Position numbers and translations under genes: made by a program
The notes under the pieces: model-generated
What the model was told of the DNA's origin: nothing
What the model saw: only the letters and a program-made list of their open reading frames with translations
Databases searched by the model: none
In this document: piece by piece, positions 1 to 9,066 of the stretch
Layout: each line of letters begins with the position of its first letter
Position numbering within the stretch: the first letter of the stretch is position 1
Source: an uncultured Planctomycetaceae bacterium
GTDB taxonomy: Bacteria; Planctomycetota; Phycisphaerae; SM23-33
Reading direction: 5' to 3'
Assembly (NCBI GenBank): GCA_964472875.1
Contig: CAYYMD010000005.1
Span: 7,670-71,669, forward strand
DNA length: 64,000 nucleotides

Positions 1-613
1 TGATATTGACATTCGTAACGCGACCCTGCTTGCCGACAACCAGTCGCAAGATGGTTCTTCCGGTGACGCCGTCTATTTTTGCCCGCCGGGGGTAATACCG
101 GGACAGGTCCGGCGGCTGGATGAGCAGGGGCCCGCGTGTCGTTCCGGCGGGGCCGGGTGATGACGGATCGGGCGTTGGGGGGACATTCGGCGAACGGCCG
201 ACCACGGGCGTAGAAATCGCCTCGGCCGATATGTCCGGCAACCGGTCGGATACTTCCGGTACGAGGACAGCGTCGGCCCGCGGCATCGTGGGGGCGTCGA
301 GTTTTACCGTCTCTGTGGCGATTTTCGGCATCGGCGGGGAGGGCAGGTTCGGCGCGGCCGGCTTCTCGGCAGGGGCGGCGCTGGTGACAGCCGCATCAGT
401 GACGATCTTCATTTCTTCTTCGGGTAAATCTACCACCTCCAGCGGAACGGCGCGGGGCGGCTTACCTGCGGAGTCTCCTTCGGCCATGTTCCAAGCCGCC
501 AGCAATATGACGAGCGCCGCATTGAGGGCGACAGCACCGGCCGCAGCCAGTATGTGTCGGATGCGGGGCCCGGGGCGGTATTTGTGAGTCAAATTTAGTT
601 TTTTGTTTTCCAT
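1..613 (-). CDS. tonB: TonB family energy transducer (3' end cut by window edge)
   Basis: My own minus-strand translation from the ATG at 611-613 gives MENKKLNLTHKYRPGPRIRH. It continues with a TM helix (ILAAAGAVALNAALVILLAAW), a Pro-rich spacer (PAEKPAAPNLPSPPMPK, PPTPDPSSPGP) and a TonB_C-like end (YPRRAKIDGVTGRTILRLVVGKQGRVTNVNI). It is absent from the ORF track because no stop lies inside the window. It sits directly downstream of exbD. Confidence 0.8.
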   Translation of the reverse strand, partial: MENKKLNLTHKYRPGPRIRHILAAAGAVALNAALVILLAAWNMAEGDSAGKPPRAVPLEVVDLPEEEMKIVTDAAVTSAAPAEKPAAPNLPSPPMPKIATETVKLDAPTMPRADAVLVPEVSDRLPDISAEAISTPVVGRSPNVPPTPDPSSPGPAGTTRGPLLIQPPDLSRYYPRRAKIDGVTGRTILRLVVGKQGRVTNVNI

Positions 614-626
614 TGCGGTTTAGCCG

Positions 627-1040
627 TTACTCTGCGATTGCGGCAACGCTGACATCCTTCGCGCCGGCGGCCTTGCAAGTGTCCAGCACCTTCAGCAGCA
701 GGTGCGTTGGCACGTCCCGGTCGGCCTGGATGACCACGCGGCGGGCGTCGAGGTCTTTCATGGCGGCCTCGATGGACGAGGCGTCGCCGGGATTTATTGT
801 GCGCCCGGCCACGTGAACGGTGCCAGCCTTGGTGATGGCCACGGGCAGGTATCGCGCGGTTATCTGCTCGGCCGAGGCGCTCTGTGGGCGGTTCACCACC
901 ACGCCGGAGTCCTGGACGAAACTCGTCGAGACGATGTAGAAAATCAGCAGGATGAACACCATGTCTATCAGCGGAGCCATCTCGATGGTCGCGCCTTTAC
1001 TGCTGTATCGCCTGCCTGTAAGCACGTCGCGGCGCATCAT
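627..1040 (-). CDS. exbD: Biopolymer transport protein ExbD/TolR
   Basis: 137 aa. The N-terminal signature IEMAPLIDMVFILLIFYIVSTSF is followed by a periplasmic domain (RRVVIQADRDVPTHLLLKVLDTCKAAG). There is a 4-nt overlap with exbB. Confidence 0.9.
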   Translation of the reverse strand: MMRRDVLTGRRYSSKGATIEMAPLIDMVFILLIFYIVSTSFVQDSGVVVNRPQSASAEQITARYLPVAITKAGTVHVAGRTINPGDASSIEAAMKDLDARRVVIQADRDVPTHLLLKVLDTCKAAGAKDVSVAAIAE

Positions 1041-1498
1041 CGCACCTTCTCTTTCATGCGGGCGGTTTGGGCCAATTGGCTGACCAGCTGCCGCCGACGA
1101 AGCAAAAATCTCTCGACCAGCAGGCCCGGGGCCGCTATGGCCAGACCGAACTGCGTGGTCAGCAGCGACTTCCGTATGCCGGCGCTCATCTCGGTTATAT
1201 ATCCGCCCTGCAGTATGCTTCTAAATGTTTCTATCATGCCGGTGACGGTGCCCAGCAGGCCAAACAAGGGGGCTATCACTATACACGCGCGGATGAGCCC
1301 CATGCGTCGCAGGCCCGCCAGTTCGCCGGTTTCGCGCATCGCAATGTTCCCGAAGGCCCCGGCACTGCGTAAAATTTTCGCCCGCACGGTAACGTCCCAC
1401 AGCTGCTCCAGTATCAGGAAAGTCATCGCCAGCGACAGGACGCACAGGGCGTACATCACTGCGCCGCCGTCATTTAACCATTTTATGATTTCGCTCAT
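1037..1498 (-). CDS. exbB: MotA/TolQ/ExbB proton-channel protein (short form)
   Basis: 153 aa with three TM segments. It carries the PLFGLLGTVTGMIETF and LLTTQFGLAIAAP motifs typical of ExbB/TolQ. It is translationally coupled on both sides. Confidence 0.9.
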   Translation of the reverse strand: MSEIIKWLNDGGAVMYALCVLSLAMTFLILEQLWDVTVRAKILRSAGAFGNIAMRETGELAGLRRMGLIRACIVIAPLFGLLGTVTGMIETFRSILQGGYITEMSAGIRKSLLTTQFGLAIAAPGLLVERFLLRRRQLVSQLAQTARMKEKVR

Positions 1499-2832
1499 TT
1501 GTCACGTCCGGATGAATCTTCGTGGTTAAGACCGAACACTCGTATCGCGTCGTGTTCGAGCAGGGCCTCGCGACGCTCGACCCAGCGGGCCAGGCCCGCA
1601 TGCGCCAACAGCAGCGGAATGGCCACCATCAATCCGAACTGCGTGGTGATAAGCGCCTCGGAGATACCGCCGGACAGCAGGCGGGGATTTCCCGTGCCCG
1701 CCGTCGAGATCGTATCGAAGGTGGCGATCATTCCAGAGACGGTACCCAGAAGCCCCAGCAGCGGCGCCACGCCTGCCAGGGCCGCCAGCACCGAGAGTGA
1801 CCTCTCCAGTTTGGGGGCCTCGGCCAGAAGGGCTGTCTCCATCGCCGCGTCGCGCTGCTGCTCGTCGGCGCCCATGGAGTCTATGCCGGCCCGCAGCACG
1901 CGGGCAGTCGGCGTGTAAGATTTTTTCAGTTCGATGTGCGCCTCTGAGGCCCGGCCGCTGCCAACCCTTGCCAATACGTCATTCACCAGCGACGGCGGCG
2001 CCTTGGTAGCCACCAGGTACACCACCCTCTCAATGATGAGGATGATTCCAACGGCCCCGACGACAATTATCGGATAAATGAACAGGCCGCCGGCGCTAAT
2101 CCAACTTTTCATCGTCCACGGCCGAGACGGGCTTCGCTCTACCAAAGACCCATCCACGTCCAAGGGCAGATGGGCAAGTTCGCCGTCGGCGGCTGCATGA
2201 AGAGTATCGGCGCCGTCCTCGGGAACGTACTGGCCCGTAACGCGCATGGAGCCGTCGGGCAATTTGCCAAGCAGGCCCAGCGTCGCCTCATTGTCGCCGC
2301 AGGCGTAGGCGGCGAAGTCGCCAAGGTGCAGCACGGTAACGCGTTGTTCGCCACCGTCGCGAGCCACGATATTTTCCGGACCGACGGTAACGTCGAAACC
2401 GTTGCGTATATTTTGCATCCGGCGCCTAAGCGCATCCCATGCTGCCTGCTCCACGGCAGCTATGGAATCGTTCACTTCTATCGAAGCGCCGGCAAGTTCC
2501 GCCAACTGTGTTACAATGTTTTTAGTGCGACGCTCGGCCATGGCGGCGTTGCTGCGGAGGTCTTCGGCCTTCTGTCGCATGCTTTCCAGCGATCGCTCGG
2601 TCTCTTTTGCCTCTGCGCGGGCGGCGTCGAGATTTTCGTAGGCCTTTTGTAACTTCGCGGCCAGTTCTTTGCGGCGTTGAAGATGTGCGGTTTTCGCCTC
2701 GGCCAGACGCTTGCGGGCCTGTTTGCGTGTGGCCCTTGCGCGGGAGAGCAGATCCTGCGGCGAGGGCAACTCCTGCGCAGCGACCGGGAGTGTAAGAATA
2801 ATGGGCACAATAACGCACAGGCCTCGCTTCAT
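1495..2832 (-). CDS. Large MotA/TolQ/ExbB-family protein, TtpC-like (TonB2-system component)
   Basis: 445 aa. It has a signal peptide, a coiled-coil and periplasmic N-terminal half, and a C-terminal ExbB module (APLLGLLGTVSGMIATF, LITTQFGLMVAIP). Its size and its position between a DUF3450-like gene and exbB-exbD-tonB match the TtpC slot of Vibrio TonB2 clusters. Confidence 0.75.
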   Translation of the reverse strand: MKRGLCVIVPIILTLPVAAQELPSPQDLLSRARATRKQARKRLAEAKTAHLQRRKELAAKLQKAYENLDAARAEAKETERSLESMRQKAEDLRSNAAMAERRTKNIVTQLAELAGASIEVNDSIAAVEQAAWDALRRRMQNIRNGFDVTVGPENIVARDGGEQRVTVLHLGDFAAYACGDNEATLGLLGKLPDGSMRVTGQYVPEDGADTLHAAADGELAHLPLDVDGSLVERSPSRPWTMKSWISAGGLFIYPIIVVGAVGIILIIERVVYLVATKAPPSLVNDVLARVGSGRASEAHIELKKSYTPTARVLRAGIDSMGADEQQRDAAMETALLAEAPKLERSLSVLAALAGVAPLLGLLGTVSGMIATFDTISTAGTGNPRLLSGGISEALITTQFGLMVAIPLLLAHAGLARWVERREALLEHDAIRVFGLNHEDSSGRDK

Positions 2833-3692
2833 TGTTCCTGCTCCTCGTTTTTATCGACGTTCAGGTGATGCACCGGAAGGAGCGTCCAGTGGGGCGCGGA
2901 CTGCCCCTCGGCGATGGCGAAGGCCTTTTTGATGGACTCTGCGTCCTGCTCGTCGGCCGCGGGATCCAACATCAGTTCCTCATCTTGCATGGTGGCCTGG
3001 CCGGCTTTTTTGCCGTCAAGCGACATCCACCACGCGGCCGCGCCGCCGGCGCGAAGGAGTTTGACGGTTACGGTCCGCCCGCCCAGTTCCGCGTTGACCA
3101 GTTCCACAGTTGAGGTGCAGTTGTTCTGCTCGGTTTTGGCCAGGCGATTAATATCGGCCGAAAATCGCCGCAGCGGGTCGGTTATCCCAGCAGCGGTGTC
3201 CGGCGGGACAACGCCGGGCAGCGAGTGGCCCTTCAGCGTTTCCAAGGCCTGTTCGAGCCGTTCGGCGAGTGCGTCCACCATCGCCTCGACCTCTACGAGC
3301 CGCTGCTGTTGGGCCTGCTCGTCGGCCACCTGCTTTTTCAGTTCCGAGCGATTCTTTTCGGCCTTATCGGCTTCCCGCCTGAGTTGCTCGGCCCGACGGT
3401 TGACCGAGTCTATGAGCATTTGGAGTTTTTCCTCCTCCATGGCCCATTGTTGCTCGGCCTGTTGCAGTTCATCGCGGGCCTGGTCGGCAGCGATTAGTTC
3501 GGCAATTACGTTTTGCGCGATAGAGGACGACGGGCGGGTGGCAGGCGAATCCGGCGGATCGCCCGTGGCCAGGGACATCAGCGCCAACAGACAAACAGCC
3601 GCATGCAAGTGAATGTTTTTGCATACGCGGCCGATGCCGGCGACAAACCCGACGATAATTTTCAAAACCATTTTTGATGCCTCAATTTGCAC
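2829..3692 (-). CDS. DUF3450-like periplasmic coiled-coil protein (TtpB-like)
   Basis: 287 aa with a signal/TM segment and a long Q/E/A/L-rich coiled coil (ELQQAEQQWAMEEEKLQMLIDSVNRRAEQLRREADKAEKNRSELKKQV). It occupies the conserved position upstream of the large ExbB paralog. Confidence 0.6.
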   Translation of the reverse strand: MQIEASKMVLKIIVGFVAGIGRVCKNIHLHAAVCLLALMSLATGDPPDSPATRPSSSIAQNVIAELIAADQARDELQQAEQQWAMEEEKLQMLIDSVNRRAEQLRREADKAEKNRSELKKQVADEQAQQQRLVEVEAMVDALAERLEQALETLKGHSLPGVVPPDTAAGITDPLRRFSADINRLAKTEQNNCTSTVELVNAELGGRTVTVKLLRAGGAAAWWMSLDGKKAGQATMQDEELMLDPAADEQDAESIKKAFAIAEGQSAPHWTLLPVHHLNVDKNEEQEQ

Positions 3693-3720
3693 GGTACAGA
3701 ATAATTATAAACTATTGAGT

Positions 3721-5769
3721 TCAAAACTTCAGGCCCAGGCCGCTTTTGAACGTGGCGCCTTCGTTGGGCCATCCGACGACCGTGGAATAATGCTCGTCGA
3801 ATATATTGTCCACGCCGAAGAAAACATAGTGCTGTTTGTCCTCGCCGAAGTAATATGTAACCTTCGTGTTGACCTCTGTGAAGTCGCCCAGGTCGACCGG
3901 CGCACTGCCCGAGGCGAGGAACCGCTGGTTTTCGTACTGAGAGACGCGCTTGGCCAGTACGGAGAATTCGACGTTCTTAATTAGGTACGACACGCCGCCG
4001 CCGAGAATGATATTGGGAACTTCCTCATCCTCGACCCATACACCATCCTCTTTTTTCTCCGTTTGCATGCCGACGGCGTTGAAGAAAAACTGCAGTCCGT
4101 TGTCGAACCTTTTTGACCGCACGTCCAGTTCCAGGCCATAGTTGTCCCTGTCGGTGTTTTCGAACAGCCCGAATTCGTTGCCATTGACGGTGACCGTCTG
4201 TCGTGTCAGCACGGCCGCGTCCTGCTGATGGACGTAAAATGCTGTCAGCGAGGCCTCGCCGAAGCGGTCCCATTCCCGCTTGAGGCCCAGGTCACATTTT
4301 GTCCTGGTCTCGGTTCCGGGCTGCTGGAGGTCGGTGTCGAGCATGCCGGGATTGGCCTCCAACTGGCCTCGCGTCACATTGGCGTGAATAGAGTAGCCCT
4401 TGGGCAGTTTATACACACCGCCGAGCGTGAACGTGTGCAGCGGATCGCGCCACTCGTCTTGGACTTTCACGTTCCTGAGGCCCCCCTTGGGGCTGCCTTC
4501 GACGTTGAAGCCGCCAAACTCGTTATAGTAGGTGCGGCTGAGGCGATAGCCGGCATTCAAAATTAAATTGCCGAAATCGTGCTCGTCGACGATTATCCCC
4601 GAATACGTCCACAGGTCAGCGGGGTTGCCCACATAAAATCGTTTTCCTGTCGGCGATATCCAGTTGTTGAACAGGCCGCCGAATCGCAGCGTGTTTTTCT
4701 CGCAGAGTTTCAGCGTCTGAGTTATTCGCGCCCCGTATTCGAAGTCGTCCTCGAGCCAGTCGTCGCTGCCGGAGGTATGGCCGTGAAATCGCCGCTGGGC
4801 GTAGTTGGCGATTATTTCTGTGGCGGCCCTGTCGCTCGGCTGATACCGCGCCTTGCCCACGAACAGGTAACTTTTCATCGGATCATAGTTAGTACTTTCG
4901 GTCCGGAACCTGGCCTGCGCGGGCGGTTCCGCAAGTTGCAGCGAGCGGTCGCCGAAGAAACTCATGCCCATAACTGAGAAAGTCCATTCCGGAGTGGGAC
5001 TGGCGACAATACGGCTATAGAGGTTGGTGATATTCTCATTGGCGTTTTCGCCATCCGGTCCGTCTGTGTGTTTGTACCCCGCCCCGATGGCGTAGGACAG
5101 TTCGCCGATTACGTCGCCGTGGCTGAGGTCAGTGCGGGAGGTGTTGTGGCTTCCGTAAAGGGTCTTAATATTGGTCCGGCGCTTGGTGTACGTGCGGGGG
5201 ATGATGTTTATCATGCCGGACATACCGCCGGGGCTGAGCATCATGGCGCCGCTGGAGCGAAGGACCTCCAGCCGTTCGAGGTTCGCGGTGCTGATAAAAT
5301 ATCCCGTTTCGTGGAATTCCCTGAACCATGCGCCGTCGATGAGATAACCCGGATAGGGATATCGCTGCCCGCGGACCGAAAAGAACTTTTTAACCTTTCT
5401 ACCGCGGGACTCCGTCCACGCGCCCGGCACGTACTTAAGCGCGTCAATGACGGAATACGCATCCAGCCATTCCATCTCCTCCTTGCCCACAACGCTTTGT
5501 GCGGTGTCCAGTCCTGGTGACTCGCTCAATGGCCGCTTGATTAGGTCGCGGGGCCCCTGGGCGGTGAAGTTGGACTTTTCGCCCTGCTCCACGGGTGATT
5601 TTTTACCCGTTATGGTGATGGTTTGCGCCTGTTCGTCCTCCCGGCCGGCGGGTTGCGTGGCCGGTTGCGTAGACGCAGCGACGGAATCATCATCGCCCGC
5701 TGCAGTCGAGTAAACGAATAAAAACGTTGCGAATATTGCCAAAAACATCTTCGAACTACTGAACTTCAT
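3721..5769 (-). CDS. TonB-dependent outer-membrane receptor
   Basis: The ORF runs 3721..5814. The likely start is the ATG at 5767-5769 (MKFSSSKMFLAIFATFLFVYSTAAG signal peptide, AAAGGA RBS upstream). It has a plug-like region (ITITGKK...DALKYVPGAW...RGQRYP), an aromatic-rich beta-barrel and a terminal GLGLKF with C-terminal Phe. I see no N-terminal STN signalling domain. Confidence 0.85.
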   Translation of the reverse strand: MKFSSSKMFLAIFATFLFVYSTAAGDDDSVAASTQPATQPAGREDEQAQTITITGKKSPVEQGEKSNFTAQGPRDLIKRPLSESPGLDTAQSVVGKEEMEWLDAYSVIDALKYVPGAWTESRGRKVKKFFSVRGQRYPYPGYLIDGAWFREFHETGYFISTANLERLEVLRSSGAMMLSPGGMSGMINIIPRTYTKRRTNIKTLYGSHNTSRTDLSHGDVIGELSYAIGAGYKHTDGPDGENANENITNLYSRIVASPTPEWTFSVMGMSFFGDRSLQLAEPPAQARFRTESTNYDPMKSYLFVGKARYQPSDRAATEIIANYAQRRFHGHTSGSDDWLEDDFEYGARITQTLKLCEKNTLRFGGLFNNWISPTGKRFYVGNPADLWTYSGIIVDEHDFGNLILNAGYRLSRTYYNEFGGFNVEGSPKGGLRNVKVQDEWRDPLHTFTLGGVYKLPKGYSIHANVTRGQLEANPGMLDTDLQQPGTETRTKCDLGLKREWDRFGEASLTAFYVHQQDAAVLTRQTVTVNGNEFGLFENTDRDNYGLELDVRSKRFDNGLQFFFNAVGMQTEKKEDGVWVEDEEVPNIILGGGVSYLIKNVEFSVLAKRVSQYENQRFLASGSAPVDLGDFTEVNTKVTYYFGEDKQHYVFFGVDNIFDEHYSTVVGWPNEGATFKSGLGLKF

Positions 5770-5845
5770 CGAATAAATCCTTTCCTTTCTCTGTTGGTAA
5801 AACGTCTGTAACAATTCCGGCTGTTGGTCTACATTTTGGGGGTGA

Positions 5846-7294
5846 TTACGAGCGGCCGGGTTCGGCCATGACGATGGCGTGTACGGTGCCGTCGCGTGTT
5901 TTTATGTATCCTGTGTCGCCGACACTGGCGAAGGCGTTGCATGAGAGCACTCCGGGTATACGACGGACGATTTTTCCGGTGCGGCGATCCAGCGCCACGA
6001 GCCGTCCGTTCCGGCGGGTGTCGACGTAATAAATAAGTCCGCCGGTCTCACTCAGCGGACTGCATCCCTCGGCGGCGCGCTTCCAGAGCACCCGGCCCGT
6101 GCGACGGTCAATCGCAGTTACATTCCTGCCCCTCAGATAGAGTCCCTCGGAGGTCGTCAGCAGGCACCGGGTGGGGCTGACCGCCCTGCGCCACAGTGTT
6201 CGGCGAGAGTTTTCATCGATGCAGAACAGTTTGCTGTCCATGCCGAGTTCGGTTTGTGCGAAATAAATCCGTCCGGACCCCAGCGCCACAAGCGGTCGTC
6301 CGATGGCGAACCTGCTGTCCTCGAATTCTCGGCGCCACAAAATATGCCCGGAGGACGCCTCCAGCCGCATCAGCCGCCCCGCAGTTGCTACGTAAATATA
6401 ACCGTTTCTATTTGCCGCACGGGAAGGCAGCCCCTCACGCTCGAATGACCGCGTCCACTTTACCTCGCCCGTGGATGCGTTCAGCATTCGCACCTCGCGG
6501 CCGACGGTCCAGCATACCCTGTCCTGGCCCAGTGGCGACGGCCGGGAGGGATATATCGTGTGCCCGCGCCCCCGATAGATACTTTGCCACAATTTGCCGC
6601 CGTCGGCGGCGTCCAGCGCAAGCAGGGCGATTTGCCCGTTTTGCCCCTTGGCCAGACAGAATACCCTTTTTCCGTCGGCTGCGAGATAACCGAAACTTCT
6701 GGCCGGGCAAGTCCATTTGGACTCGCCGGTGGCGGCGTCCACGGCTACCACATGTCCGTCCGTATCATCGCCGGCAACAAAATACATGTTGTCGCCGTTT
6801 ACGATGAAACCATCCGCCGTAGAAGCCCGCGCGGCCATGGCGCCTTCGTAACGCCACTTTTCAAGAAATCCGTTGCTGGCTGATGTTTTCCGCGGCTGCG
6901 ATTCGCCACTGATTATGCCCCACAAACTCACCGCCGCGATAAGTACGGCCGCGGCGCCGAAGACAGTAATGACGCGACGAATACGACGGCCGAAACGTTT
7001 CGATTTGATTTCCCGCGACACTGCATCCTGCAATCTGTATTCGAAAGCGACCGACGGCGCATCGGCGTCGCCTGAGCATTTGACGTCGTCGGCGATCCGT
7101 CGGATTTGCTCCTTGGCCTCGCGGCAGGCCGGACATTGTCCGAGGTGCTCGCGCACCCGGCAGTGTTGCTGCGGCGAAAGGCCGCCAAAGACGTACAATT
7201 CGAGATTTTCGCGGGCTTGTCGGCAGTTCATGGCCGCATCCGGATACGGGCATATCCTTCCATCAATACGCTCAAACCGTCCGCGGCGGGACAA
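5846..7294 (-). CDS. Anti-sigma factor: zf-HC2 N-terminus, one TM segment and a PQQ-like beta-propeller
   Basis: The zf-HC2 motif is CRQARENLELYVFGGLSPQQHCRVREHLGQCPACREA, followed by a TM segment (VITVFGAAAVLIAAVSLWGII). Repeated BamB/PQQ-like blades follow (G.KLW, GEVKWT, GHILWRR, RRTLWRR, GRVLWKR). An alternative start lies at 7231 (MNCRQ). The gene is adjacent to or overlaps the ECF sigma gene. Confidence 0.75.
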   Translation of the reverse strand: MSRRGRFERIDGRICPYPDAAMNCRQARENLELYVFGGLSPQQHCRVREHLGQCPACREAKEQIRRIADDVKCSGDADAPSVAFEYRLQDAVSREIKSKRFGRRIRRVITVFGAAAVLIAAVSLWGIISGESQPRKTSASNGFLEKWRYEGAMAARASTADGFIVNGDNMYFVAGDDTDGHVVAVDAATGESKWTCPARSFGYLAADGKRVFCLAKGQNGQIALLALDAADGGKLWQSIYRGRGHTIYPSRPSPLGQDRVCWTVGREVRMLNASTGEVKWTRSFEREGLPSRAANRNGYIYVATAGRLMRLEASSGHILWRREFEDSRFAIGRPLVALGSGRIYFAQTELGMDSKLFCIDENSRRTLWRRAVSPTRCLLTTSEGLYLRGRNVTAIDRRTGRVLWKRAAEGCSPLSETGGLIYYVDTRRNGRLVALDRRTGKIVRRIPGVLSCNAFASVGDTGYIKTRDGTVHAIVMAEPGRS

Positions 7295-7880
7295 TTTTTT
7301 TGGAAATGTCGCCCGAAATTTCTTCCTCTTCCCCTGTGCTGTCTTTGTACAGTCGCCGCATCCGTCCGCTTTTACGCAGTCGCCGAAGCGCCCGCTGGGC
7401 GCGTTTTTTAGCCGCCTCGGTGGAAATCCCCATCGCTGCGGCTACGTCGACGAAAGGCATCTCATGTACAATCCGCAAAGTCAATACCATCCTGTCGTCT
7501 TTACTCAGTCCGGCCAGAATGTCCGATGCGTCAATATCTTTCCATGGTGAGGAGGTGTATGAAATGCATGTGCTCCCGAATGCCTGCTGATTCATTACAT
7601 AATTTGTCCTGCATTTCTTGTGGTGCAACCGCCGTCGAATCATATCTGTGCAAACGTTGCGGAGTATCGTATAGAACCAACTCGAGAACGGCCGGGACGT
7701 GCGGAATTTCTTACGGCTGCGAATCACACGCAGGAACGCCTCCTGGACGGCGTCTTCGGCCGCGTGCCCATCGCCGGCGTGGTCCATAATTCCATTTGCC
7801 ACTGCAAGCGCAGGCGAAGTGTAACGCCGCATGAGTTCATCGAACGCATCTGCGTCGAGGCAGGCCTTGAACCGAGCCAT
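7272..7880 (-). CDS. ECF-type RNA polymerase sigma-70 family factor
   Basis: The track ORF is 7272..8087. I prefer the start at 7880 (MARFKACLDADAFDELMRRY), which gives about 203 aa. Region 2 reads AEDAVQEAFLRVIRSRKKF...WFYTILRNVCTDMIRRR. Region 4 reads DRMVLTLRIVHEMPFVDVAAAMGISTEAAKKRAQRALRRLR. Confidence 0.85.
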   Translation of the reverse strand: MARFKACLDADAFDELMRRYTSPALAVANGIMDHAGDGHAAEDAVQEAFLRVIRSRKKFRTSRPFSSWFYTILRNVCTDMIRRRLHHKKCRTNYVMNQQAFGSTCISYTSSPWKDIDASDILAGLSKDDRMVLTLRIVHEMPFVDVAAAMGISTEAAKKRAQRALRRLRKSGRMRRLYKDSTGEEEEISGDISKKIVPPRTV

Positions 7881-8158
7881 CAGCGATTCATCCCCAGCCG
7901 TACTTTTGCGACAGGGGACACCGTAACTTTTTCTGGAACAAAACGTTGTATTTTTCTTTTTACCGATGCTGTTGTTCCTCCGGATTTCGTGTCCCCATAC
8001 GGCACAGACGCCGCATGGCCGGCCAAATCGTCCGTTTTTGAAGTTAAACTCGATAATGTTATTATGGTTTTCCAATTTTATTGACAATTATTATTCACTA
8101 TTAATTTTCTGTTGCGATATGAAGTGTGAAGAAAATTGCCGAAATCCAAAATTTCTGG

Positions 8159-9004
8159 TTACTTGCTGAAATAAAGCCAAACGCCGTAATTGAGAGAGGA
8201 ATCTTCGGGCTTATGTCGAATTATCTCGAAGTCTTCGACATCCATTTGATTCATAATCACACGAAAACGCTTGGCGTCCTTGTCCGGATTGTACTTGGGC
8301 CCGCCGATTAAATGTTTGCGGGTCAGTTTTCTTACCTCACTTTCGGGCATAGTGGGCGCCACACCGCGCCCGATGAAGGCCTTCCCGCCCGGGCGCAGTA
8401 CCCTGTGAATTTCGGCCAGACCTGTTCGCAAGTCGCTCCAGAACTGGTAACTGCCGCGCGATATTATTATATCCGCGTAATTTTTCTTGAACGGCATGTC
8501 GCAGGCATCCGCAAACACAAATCCCGTACGATGCGCAAAATTGTAATCAAGAGATTCTTGTGCAAAGTTCCGAGCGCACCACGTGTTGATATCCGTGTTT
8601 ACCCAGTAGAAACGCTTGGTTCGCTCTACTAATTCAAAAACGAGATTGCCCGAACCGCCGCCGATATCAATCCCGATTCCCGCGCGTTTTGACAGGTTAA
8701 ACCGGTCCACCAAATAATCGGCCAGTCGGGCATAAACAATCTTCCGTCTGTCGCCAATCTTATCGATTCTCGCGGCTCTTTCCGGTCCGAATTTTTCGTA
8801 ATTCGGCCGCCGCAGGCCAAATCCAATTGTCGTGAGGGGTTTTTTTACATCAAAGCCGTGGTGAGCAAAAATTTCCCGGGCACGTGGACCGGCGCACACC
8901 AATCCCGTGCGTAAAGGAACGGCCACGATTTTCGAGCCCCTTTCAGTCGGCCGGCGGCTGCGTTCATCACCCTCGCCGCCGCTTAAAAAATGTCTTGCTT
9001 TCAA
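8159..9004 (-). CDS. Class I SAM-dependent methyltransferase
   Basis: 281 aa. Motif I is GIDIGGGSGNLVFEL and the post-I/II-like stretch is YADIIISRGSYQFW...RVLRPGGKAFIG. GC is visibly lower than in the neighbours. Confidence 0.75.
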   Translation of the reverse strand: MKARHFLSGGEGDERSRRPTERGSKIVAVPLRTGLVCAGPRAREIFAHHGFDVKKPLTTIGFGLRRPNYEKFGPERAARIDKIGDRRKIVYARLADYLVDRFNLSKRAGIGIDIGGGSGNLVFELVERTKRFYWVNTDINTWCARNFAQESLDYNFAHRTGFVFADACDMPFKKNYADIIISRGSYQFWSDLRTGLAEIHRVLRPGGKAFIGRGVAPTMPESEVRKLTRKHLIGGPKYNPDKDAKRFRVIMNQMDVEDFEIIRHKPEDSSLNYGVWLYFSK

Positions 9005-9066
9005 GGCAGCACTGAATTATAAAATAATATGGAATAGTCAACTTATACTGATTTAAGGATGAACAA

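Noticed and set aside
120-587. A 155-aa plus-strand ORF at the window start.
   Set aside because: It is antisense to the hand-translated TonB gene, which has a TM helix, a Pro-rich spacer and a TonB_C motif and fits the operon.
7881-8087. An N-terminal extension of the ECF sigma ORF (start at 8087, 271 aa).
   Set aside because: The extra 69 residues have no sigma-region similarity and are AT-rich and low-complexity. The start at 7880 gives a canonical ECF sigma of about 200 aa beginning just before region 2.
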